A stretch of 6,417 bases of DNA. It comes from a virus. Its lineage: Duplodnaviria; Heunggongvirae; Uroviricota; Caudoviricetes. This document shows, one piece after another, positions 1 to 5,678 of this stretch. Made by a program: the position numbers and the translations under genes. The notes below the pieces were generated by a model. That model had not been told where the DNA came from. It saw only the letters and a program-made list of their open reading frames with translations, and ran no database searches. The stretch is from the IMG/VR virus record IMGVR_UViG_2693429748_000018; one strand, 5' to 3'. The number at the start of each line of letters is the position of its first letter. Position 1 is the stretch's first letter.

Positions 1-419
1 TCCAGTATCCGGATGGTAAGCCGCCGGTATGGGCAAAGTGTACGAAAGGTGTGTATCCGTCTTACTGGGAAGAATGGAAAAAAGTCAGGGAGGTGGTAAA
101 AGTTGCCTGTCCGGAGTGTGGCGGAAAGGGTGAGGTTTCCACCGCCTGTAAGGATTGCCGTGGGCGTGGTGTCGCCATTCATCGTGAAGAGTCGGTAAAA
201 CGTGGTATGCCTGTTATCAGAGACTGCCAGCGTTGTGGTGGTCGTGGCTATGAAAGACTACCATCAACGGAGGCATTTAATGCTATATGCGAGGTGACAA
301 ACCAGATAACACGCGCGTCATGGGAAAAAACAGTTAAGAAATTTTATGATGCGCTGGTGACCCGGTTTGATATTGAAGAAGCATGGGCTGAGCGGCAGTT
401 AAAAAAGGTAACTAGGTAA
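1..419 (+). CDS. Q: Late-gene antiterminator Q, lambda type (3' portion; 5' end lies left of the window)
   Basis: Frame 3 is open from nt 3 to the TAA at 417-419, so the 122-aa track ORF (GTG at 51) is only the C-terminal part of a longer gene. It carries three Cys pairs (CPECGGKG, CKDCRGRG, CQRCGGRG) and a tail ...KKFYDALVTRF...KKVTR that matches, from memory, the zinc-binding C-terminal half of lambda Q. It is immediately followed by a lambda-like pR'/qut sequence. Confidence 0.8.
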   Translation, partial: QYPDGKPPVWAKCTKGVYPSYWEEWKKVREVVKVACPECGGKGEVSTACKDCRGRGVAIHREESVKRGMPVIRDCQRCGGRGYERLPSTEAFNAICEVTNQITRASWEKTVKKFYDALVTRFDIEEAWAERQLKKVTR

Positions 420-421
420 GG

Positions 422-464
422 TTGATTTTTCCGGAATCTGTGGTAAATTCGTCATAACGATGGG
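422..464 (+). promoter_or_regulatory. Late promoter pR' with Q-utilisation/pause region (lambda-like)
   Basis: TTGATT (422-427), 16-bp spacer, TG at 441-442, TAAATT (444-449), then CGTCATA and ACGATGGG (457-464). Lambda pR' reads GGTAAATT-TGACTCA-ACGATGGG (from memory), so the -10 and the start of the 6S transcript are both conserved. Predicted transcription start near 457. Confidence 0.6.
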
Positions 465-498
465 CGTTTTATGCCTGACGTTAGAAGAGTTTCTACAA

Positions 499-520
499 CC
501 CGCCGCCGAGCGGGTTTTTT
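499..520 (+). terminator. Intrinsic terminator, tR'-like, about 45-65 nt downstream of the predicted pR' start
   Basis: Stem CCCGC (500-504) / GCGGG (510-514) with loop CGCCGA, followed by TTTTTT (515-520). Confidence 0.6.
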
Positions 521-640
521 ATGACTGAAATCGCGTCAGTACAGTAAACGCGCTGGTGGCGGTGAATACCTGTCTTTCAGCTTGCTGGCTTTTTCGACAA
601 GAGTTATTGGTGTGTCACGTTAACCGGAAAAGGAAAAGAC

Positions 641-838
641 ATGCTAAAACAGCAGGATATGACAGAAACCGCCAGAGTGGTGTTTAATGAATTAAGCGTT
701 ACCGAACCGGCGACAGTCGGGGAGATAGCGCAGAATACTTACCTTTCACGCGAACGCTGCCAGTTAATACTGACCCAGCTGGTTATGGCGGGTCTGGCAG
801 ACTATCAGTTCGGTTGTTACAGACGCCTTCCGCAGTGA
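641..838 (+). CDS. Hypothetical small protein (65 aa), possible helix-turn-helix DNA-binding protein
   Basis: ATG at 641 preceded by AAGGAAAAG (purine-rich Shine-Dalgarno about 6-8 nt upstream). The segment TVGEIAQNTYLSRERCQLILTQL looks HTH-like. The stop sits inside a terminator hairpin. No family recognised. Confidence 0.5.
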   Translation: MLKQQDMTETARVVFNELSVTEPATVGEIAQNTYLSRERCQLILTQLVMAGLADYQFGCYRRLPQ

Positions 839-850
839 AGGCTTTTTTAT
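826..850 (+). terminator. Intrinsic terminator overlapping the stop of the 641-838 ORF
   Basis: Stem GCCTTC (826-831) / GAAGGC (838-843) with loop CGCAGT, followed by TTTTTTATTT. Confidence 0.5.
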
Positions 851-986
851 TTGTGGTAAATGGGCGGCTGGTGGGTGTTAGGGGCACCCACCAGCCATCT
901 GCTCATGCGTTGGGTTCACAAGCAAACCTCAGGCCCACTGCTTTGCGCAAAAGCAGAATGAGCCTATCAGAGACAGGCTAGCTCCC

Positions 987-1062
987 GGCCCTTTAGCTCA
1001 GTGGTGAGAGCGAGCGACTCATAATCGCCAGGTCGCTGGTTCAAATCCAGCAAGGGCCACCA
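987..1062 (+). tRNA. ileZ: tRNA-Ile (anticodon CAU, lysidine type; ileZ/ileX-like); elongator tRNA-Met not strictly excluded
   Basis: 76-nt cloverleaf: acceptor GGCCCTT/AAGGGCC, D-arm GCTC/GAGC, anticodon loop CTCATAA (CAT at tRNA positions 34-36), T-arm GCTGG-TTCAAAT-CCAGC, discriminator A, encoded CCA. Very close to E. coli ileX as I recall it. Confidence 0.85.
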
Positions 1063-1162
1063 TCACAAACCGCCATTAGCTTATCAGGAAGAGCAGACGA
1101 CATGATAACAGGGTTGTTGGTGCGGGGGCGGGTCCCCGATGGCGGTCCATTATCGGTATTCA

Positions 1163-1239
1163 GCGTTGTTAGCTCAGCCGGACAGAGCAATTGCCTTCTA
1201 AGCAATCGGTCACTGGTTCGAATCCAGTACAGCGCGCCA
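1163..1239 (+). tRNA. argO: tRNA-Arg (anticodon UCU; argO/argU-like, reads rare AGA/AGG)
   Basis: 77-nt cloverleaf: acceptor GCGTTGT/ACAGCGC (one G-U pair), D-arm GCTC/GAGC, anticodon stem ATTGC/GCAAT with loop CTTCTAA (TCT anticodon), T-arm ACTGG-TTCGAAT-CCAGT, discriminator G, encoded CCA. Confidence 0.85.
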
Positions 1240-1349
1240 TATTCATTCTTCCAGATTCCTTCCGGCAGAGCCTTATACTGAAATATACCTGGCTCAGGAT
1301 ATTGTTGAAAATATTTTATGTTTGTCAAAAATAAAAGTTCTGTTAAGTA

Positions 1350-1703
1350 TTGATTGAGTGTTTGTTATACGGTCTAATGGTTTTTTCAGCATTAAATATT
1401 TATCATTCATATGGTGTGGGTAGAGTGAATATTGATGAGGCGTCGGGGTGTTTCATCCTTAGGCAGCGTATTGATATAGTCAATGCAGCACGAGCAAAGG
1501 CCTTCAGCCGTTTGACAGTTTTGTTCTGTACTCCTGATCGTCTTTCGGGAAGAGACGTTATTATTCTGAATAGTGATGCTATACAGAGGGTTTGCGATGA
1601 GTTCATGGTTGCTAATTCAGAATTATTTGCTCTTGTTCAGGAGTACAACAGAATAGCCAGGACCTGTGGTATGGATGAACTTCGGATTACTCATCTGGGG
1701 TAG
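1350..1703 (+). CDS. Hypothetical protein; first ORF of the cargo region (track start TTG 1350; first in-frame ATG at 1377 gives 108 aa)
   Basis: Open frame of 117 codons with no family recognised. No convincing Shine-Dalgarno before either start. Possible weak promoter TTGTCA (1322-1327). Coding status uncertain. Confidence 0.35.
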   Translation: MIECLLYGLMVFSALNIYHSYGVGRVNIDEASGCFILRQRIDIVNAARAKAFSRLTVLFCTPDRLSGRDVIILNSDAIQRVCDEFMVANSELFALVQEYNRIARTCGMDELRITHLG

Positions 1704-1907
1704 ATACATATCTGGATTATCACCTGTTACGGTAAAAAGTGATTGCTTACTGTTTTTGTGAATGGCATTGCAGCAGCCGGATAATGTCAGTGCTGGCTGA
1801 CGGTGTGCTGGTGGCGGGTGTGGTGGTTGTTGCTTTCCCGTTGCTGAAAAAGAAAACGCCAGACTGTTAGCCGGGTATCAGTTAGCGGGAGAAATTTTTA
1901 AATACTT

Positions 1908-2130
1908 CACAATTCAGGCGGTTGACTGTTGTCTGGTTTGCGGGGAGTTTGTTAAAAGAAACTGGCATGGTGAATCCCCCTGTGCGGAGGGGCAATCAGC
2001 GAGTAGGTATATGGGATAATCGCGGATTCAGGTGCTGGTACTGAATTCACCGGGAGGCACCCGGCACCATGCAATGGCACATAGCGCCACTCTCCAGCCC
2101 CTCTCCGGAGGGGCTGTTTATATTGATTTT
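1908..2130 (+). repeat. Structured non-coding module, copy A (promoter-like TTGACT, internal hairpins, terminal intrinsic terminator)
   Basis: Begins CACAATTCAG (1908-1917), then TTGACT (1922-1927), hairpin CCCCT-GTGCGG-AGGGG, hairpin CCGGG-AGGCA-CCCGG, ending in terminator stem AGCCCCTC (2096-2103) / GAGGGGCT (2108-2115) with loop TCCG and a T-rich tail. Near-identical to copy B, about 70-75% to copy C. Small ORFs inside are not conserved between copies. Confidence 0.8.
2096..2130 (+). terminator. Intrinsic terminator ending module copy A
   Basis: Perfect 8-bp GC-rich stem AGCCCCTC/GAGGGGCT, 4-nt loop, then GTTTATATTGATTTT. Confidence 0.6.
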
Positions 2131-2148
2131 GTCAGATGTGAGTAAACT

Positions 2149-2180
2149 CCTTATGGACTTTGTTGTTTTAGTCCATAAGG
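2149..2180. repeat. Perfect 11-bp inverted repeat (CCTTATGGACT ... AGTCCATAAGG) with 10-nt loop at the 3' end of the minus-strand gene
   Basis: 2149-2159 is the exact reverse complement of 2170-2180. It overlaps the stop codon of the 2151-2486 minus-strand ORF. Confidence 0.7.
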
Positions 2181-2486
2181 ACATATTTGCAGAGTGCAAC
2201 GGTTATTAAAGCATTCATTCAATACGTTATCTGTATTTGTAGGGCATTCCTGGCTATTTTTGATTGAATTCCAGAATGTTTTATTGAATGGTACTACGTT
2301 GTAAATGGTTACAGGTAGCACTTTGTTATTGAGCATGATGCCTGTGTGAGTCAGTGTAAATATACTTTCAGGAGGTAAGAAAGCATCCGATTGATACCAG
2401 ATTATTAATTTTATTTTACTCCATATGACTGAAAAAGATATTCCGCATGATGGCTGGATAACTGTATCAATCACAATCCACTTCAT
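2151..2486 (-). CDS. Hypothetical 111-aa Cys-containing protein on the minus strand inside an AT-rich insert
   Basis: ATG (plus-strand CAT at 2484-2486) preceded on the minus strand by AACAAGGAAACTAA, a good Shine-Dalgarno (AAGGA) 6-7 nt upstream. Candidate promoter further upstream on the minus strand: TTTACA, about 15 bp, TATACT. The region is visibly AT-rich relative to its flanks. The 3' end overlaps a perfect 11-bp inverted repeat (2149-2180). No family recognised. Confidence 0.5.
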   Translation of the reverse strand: MKWIVIDTVIQPSCGISFSVIWSKIKLIIWYQSDAFLPPESIFTLTHTGIMLNNKVLPVTIYNVVPFNKTFWNSIKNSQECPTNTDNVLNECFNNRCTLQICPYGLKQQSP

Positions 2487-2746
2487 TTAGTTTCCTTGTT
2501 TATGCCTTGCTGGTGATGTTCTGAAAAGTATAAATGATATTTTTGAATGTAAACCATAGAGCAGAATTATTTTTCTGATGTTGTTTATTGTTTATTTAAA
2601 TGCAGGGTGGTTTATATCTCGTCTTGTAGTTTATCCATGCATATCTGCTTGATAATCAGGTTTTTATTTAAGGTATGGTTTTGTGTTTTTTCTGTATTAC
2701 ATGTCAGGTATTTTAAAGAATTATTTTTCAGATGGTGGAAAGAACC

Positions 2747-2806
2747 ATGGCATTTAAACACTATGATGTTGTCAGACTGGCTCGCTTTTGCGGGCCTTTT
2801 TTTTAA
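2747..2806 (+). pseudogene. Truncated duplicate of the esterase (nanS-p) 5' end: 19 codons then stop
   Basis: ATGGCATTTAAACACTATGATGTTGTCAGACTGGCT... encodes MAFKHYDVVRLARFCGPFF*. The first 9-10 codons match the start of the full-length gene at 3740 (MAFKHYDVVR...). It is followed by a T-run. Confidence 0.6.
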
Positions 2807-2812
2807 ATGTCT

Positions 2813-3025
2813 CACAATTCAGACGGTTGACAGTTGTCTGTTTTGCGGGGAGTTTGTTAAAAGAAACTGGCATGGTGAATCCCCCTGTGCGGAGGGGCAA
2901 TCAGCGAGTAGGTATATGGGATAATCGCGGATTCAGGTGCTGGTACTGAATTCACCGGGAGGCACCCGGCATCATGCAATGGCACATAGCGCCACTCTCC
3001 AGCCCTCTCCGGAGGGGCTTTTCTG
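2813..3025 (+). repeat. Structured non-coding module, copy B
   Basis: CACAATTCAG (2813-2822), TTGACA (2827-2832), the same two hairpins as copy A, and terminal stem CCCTC/GAGGG with loop TCCG followed by CTTTTCT. Differs from copy A at only a handful of positions over about 205 bp. Confidence 0.8.
3002..3025 (+). terminator. Intrinsic terminator ending module copy B
   Basis: GC-rich stem CCCTC (3003-3007) / GAGGG (3012-3016), loop TCCG, then a T-rich tract. Confidence 0.5.
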
Positions 3026-3213
3026 TGCCGGATACATCACAGTTTCTGGAACCTTAGGTACTACAGTATCAGTCAGGGTGCTATATTTTCAGATGTGATG
3101 AAAGCCTGTCAGCAGGCAGGGCGTATCGGAAATGACCCAGTAGAGAAAACGTTGACTCAGATACCGGTGCTGAGTTACCGGGAAACCGGCATCACATGAC
3201 CGCTATCCTTCCA

Positions 3214-3240
3214 GGCCCATCCGCTCCGGTGGGCCTTTTT
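3214..3240 (+). terminator. Intrinsic terminator just upstream of module copy C
   Basis: Stem GGCCCA (3214-3219) / TGGGCC (3230-3235) with an inner CCG/CGG pairing, followed by TTTTT (3236-3240). Confidence 0.5.
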
Positions 3241-3279
3241 ACTGCAGAAAACAGGTTCCCCGTTAAATGCTATGTTGCT

Positions 3280-3511
3280 CACAATTCAGTAAGTTGACAG
3301 TTGCCTGTCAGACTGGGCATTTGTTAAAAAAATTTCGCATGGTGAATCCCCCTGAGCGGAGGGGCGACTGGTGACGGTATAATCTCTGATTATCAAAACG
3401 AGAATGACGCGGGTTTAGTGGCACCGGGCTGAACTCACCGGGAGGCACCCGGCACCATGTGCATGATGATACAGATACGCGGCTTTAGCCCCTCTCCGGA
3501 GGGGTTTTCTT
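3280..3511 (+). repeat. Structured non-coding module, copy C (diverged)
   Basis: CACAATTCAG (3280-3289), TTGACA, and conserved blocks GGTGAATCCCCCTG.GCGGAGGGGC, CTCACCGGGAGGCACCCGGCACCATG and terminal CCCCTC-TCCG-GAGGGG followed by TTTTCTT. The blocks between them are substituted or inserted relative to A/B, including a perfect TATAAT in GGTATAATC. Confidence 0.75.
3489..3511 (+). terminator. Intrinsic terminator ending module copy C
   Basis: Stem CCCCTC (3489-3494) / GAGGGG (3499-3504), loop TCCG, then TTTTCTT. Confidence 0.6.
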
Positions 3512-3517
3512 GTGGGC

Positions 3518-3546
3518 AAAAAAAGCCCGCGCTGGGAGACGCGGGC
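3518..3546 (-). terminator. Minus-strand intrinsic terminator, convergent with the copy C terminator
   Basis: Plus strand reads AAAAAAA (3518-3524), GCCCGCG (3525-3531), loop CTGGGAGA, CGCGGGC (3540-3546). On the minus strand this is a perfect 7-bp GC stem followed by a U7 run. There is no U-run after it on the plus strand. Confidence 0.45.
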
Positions 3547-3739
3547 GGCAAGGAATAAACAATAAAACGTGAAGTAATATTTCAGCTGGCGAATAATACC
3601 CCATAGTAATCACTCTGCGCAACTGCGCGGTCTTTTTCGAATTGCGGGCTGTCGTCTCTCTTCTGCCATTGTCCTGTAACTTCCGGACTTCAGCCCGCTC
3701 CTTATTTTACTCACAATATTATCCCGGCCGGGAGGATTC

Positions 3740-5593
3740 ATGGCATTTAAACACTATGACGTGGTCAGGGCGGCATCGCCGTCAGACCTTGCGAAACGAC
3801 TGACACAAAAACTGAAGGAGGGCTGGCAGCCGTTTGGTAGTCCGGTGGCCATAACCCCTTATACCCTGATGCAGGCGATTGCAGCAGAAGGTGATGTGGT
3901 CGTCAGTGGTGCAACTGAGCCGGAGTGGTACTACGTCATCGTACTGGCCGGGCAATCCAATGCCATGGCTTACGGTGAAGGTCTTCCGCTTCCGGATTCA
4001 TACGATGCGCCCCATCCGCGCATTAAGCAACTGGCCCGTCGTAACACAGTGACTCCCGGTGGTGAAGTATGCGTATTTAACGACATCATTCCTGCTGACC
4101 ATTGTCTGCATGATGTTCAGGATATGAGTACGATTAACCATCCCCGGGCTGACCTGAGCAAAGGGCAGTACGGCTGTGTCGGACAGGGCTTACATATTGC
4201 CAAAAAACTGCTTCCGTATATCCCTAATAATGCGGGGATCCTGCTGGTACCATGCTGTTGTGGTGGTTCGGCATTCACCCAGGGCACGGAGGGGACATTC
4301 AGCGAGTCCACGGGGGCCAGTCAGGATTCGGCTCGCTGGGGAGTGGGTAAGCCGTTATATCAGGATCTGCTTTTCCGCACGAAGGCAGCATTGCAGAAAA
4401 ACCCGAAAAACGTTTTGCTGGCGATATGCTGGATGCAGGGGGAATTCGATATGACGAATGCCAGTTACGCCCAGCAGCCAGCAGCATTTCTTGCAATGGT
4501 ACAGCAGTTCCGTGCTGACCTTGCCGGGCTGGCGGCGCAGTGTCACGGTGGAAGTCCGGCATCAGTCCCCTGGATTTGTGGCGACACGACATACGCGTGG
4601 AAACAAGAACACGGTACGCAATATGAAGTGGTATATGGTGCATATAAAGGTAAAGAATCCCAGCAGATTTATTTTGTTCCCTTTATGACCGATGGTAGCG
4701 GAGTTAATACACCGACAAACAACCCGTCAGAAGATCCTGATATTGCCGGGTCTGGTTATTACGGTTCGGCATCCCGAACGAACAAAAACTGGGTATCATC
4801 AAATCGCCCGACGCATTTCAGCTCATGGGCGCGTCGTGGCATTATTCCCGATCGTATGGCAACTGCTATTCTGAACGTAGCCGGTCGCACCTTAGCCTTC
4901 ATTAGTGGTAAGGCACCGGAAATCAAACCCTCGCCCGGCGGCGACACGCCATCGGGGCCGTCTGAAGATGCATCCATACGCACAATCTCCCTGTTGCCGA
5001 CAGCCGGAGACGCTGCTGCGCAGGGCTGGAGCATTAAGAATGGCGGAGTTCAGTTGTCAGATGGTGTATTTAAGATCACCAAGCAGAGCAATAAAGCCTG
5101 GTCCCTGACGCGCCCGGTGGATGACGCAGTCTCCCTGCTGACACGGGGTGGCAGACTGAGCTGTAAGTTTCGACTGTCAGGCGCACTGACCAACAACCAG
5201 TTCGGTCTGGGAATTTATCTGTATACCGATGTAGCGTTACCTGACGTCGTGGCGATGACCGGGACTGGTAACCCGTTCCTGATGTCGTTCTTCACCCAGA
5301 CCACAGACGGCAAACTGAATCTGATGCATCACAAGAAAGCAGGAAACACAAAGTTGGGCGAGTTCGGGAATTACAGTAACGACTGGCTGACGCTGGAGCT
5401 GGTGTTCACCGCCGGCAGTGCCACGGTTACTCCGAAACTGAATGGAGTGGCTGGCCCGGCATTCCAGGTCATAAAAGACAGTCTGACACTGGGGCTGAAT
5501 GCGCTGACGCTGACGGATATTACCAAAAATGCAGCGTATGGCGTTGAGATAGAAAGTCTGGTGCTGGAGATAAATGCACCGGCATCATCATAA
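3740..5593 (+). CDS. nanS-p: Prophage-encoded sialate (9-O-acetyl-N-acetylneuraminic acid) O-acetylesterase, NanS-p/YjhS family (SGNH/DUF303-type), 617 aa
   Basis: ATG at 3740 with a strong Shine-Dalgarno (GGGAGG 7-8 nt upstream). The N-terminus MAFKHYDVV... and the conserved block VLAGQSNAMAYGEGLP (GQSN catalytic-serine motif of sialate O-acetylesterases) match the nanS-p ORF found just downstream of stx in Stx phages and in other lambdoid prophages. The smaller ORFs nested in both strands are shadow frames. Confidence 0.88.
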   Translation: MAFKHYDVVRAASPSDLAKRLTQKLKEGWQPFGSPVAITPYTLMQAIAAEGDVVVSGATEPEWYYVIVLAGQSNAMAYGEGLPLPDSYDAPHPRIKQLARRNTVTPGGEVCVFNDIIPADHCLHDVQDMSTINHPRADLSKGQYGCVGQGLHIAKKLLPYIPNNAGILLVPCCCGGSAFTQGTEGTFSESTGASQDSARWGVGKPLYQDLLFRTKAALQKNPKNVLLAICWMQGEFDMTNASYAQQPAAFLAMVQQFRADLAGLAAQCHGGSPASVPWICGDTTYAWKQEHGTQYEVVYGAYKGKESQQIYFVPFMTDGSGVNTPTNNPSEDPDIAGSGYYGSASRTNKNWVSSNRPTHFSSWARRGIIPDRMATAILNVAGRTLAFISGKAPEIKPSPGGDTPSGPSEDASIRTISLLPTAGDAAAQGWSIKNGGVQLSDGVFKITKQSNKAWSLTRPVDDAVSLLTRGGRLSCKFRLSGALTNNQFGLGIYLYTDVALPDVVAMTGTGNPFLMSFFTQTTDGKLNLMHHKKAGNTKLGEFGNYSNDWLTLELVFTAGSATVTPKLNGVAGPAFQVIKDSLTLGLNALTLTDITKNAAYGVEIESLVLEINAPASS

Positions 5594-5678
5594 AAAGTGA
5601 GCCAGCCAAATGGAAGGTATCGTTAAACTCACCGGTAGTGTCAGTGGGTCGTCTGAGATGCCTGCATGAGTTATCAGA

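Noticed and set aside
1063-1162. Possible third tRNA (argN-like) between tRNA-Ile and tRNA-Arg
   Set aside because: No acceptor/T-arm combination (no GGTTCRANTCC-type T-loop, no terminal CCA context) could be folded from this spacer; at most a degraded remnant.
1041-1328. 95-aa minus-strand ORF
   Set aside because: It lies antisense across both tRNA genes, has no ribosome-binding site, and its frame is explained by the tRNA sequences; spurious.
1403-1606. 67-aa minus-strand ORF inside the 1350-1703 ORF
   Set aside because: Arg/Lys-rich low-complexity translation with no start signals; antisense shadow frame.
1968-1990. ERIC element (the module shares GTGAATCCCC with the ERIC consensus)
   Set aside because: Only a roughly 10-nt match; the remainder of the unit does not follow the ERIC consensus as far as I can recall, so this is not claimed.
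2607-2924. 105-aa plus-strand ORF
   Set aside because: It runs from AT-rich intergenic DNA into module copy B in a frame not conserved in copies A or C, and it crosses the truncated nanS-p stub in a different frame; spurious.
1908-3511. CRISPR array
   Set aside because: The repeats are about 215-225 bp, diverged, and separated by hundreds of bp of unrelated sequence; there are no short regular repeat-spacer units.
1240-3739. Shiga toxin genes stxA/stxB
   Set aside because: No ORF pair of the expected sizes or with signal peptides is present between the tRNAs and nanS-p, and none of the ORFs resembles StxA or StxB.
4117-5108. Eight overlapping ORFs of 60-114 aa on both strands
   Set aside because: All are nested within the 617-aa esterase gene in alternative frames or antisense; shadow ORFs of a GC-rich coding region.
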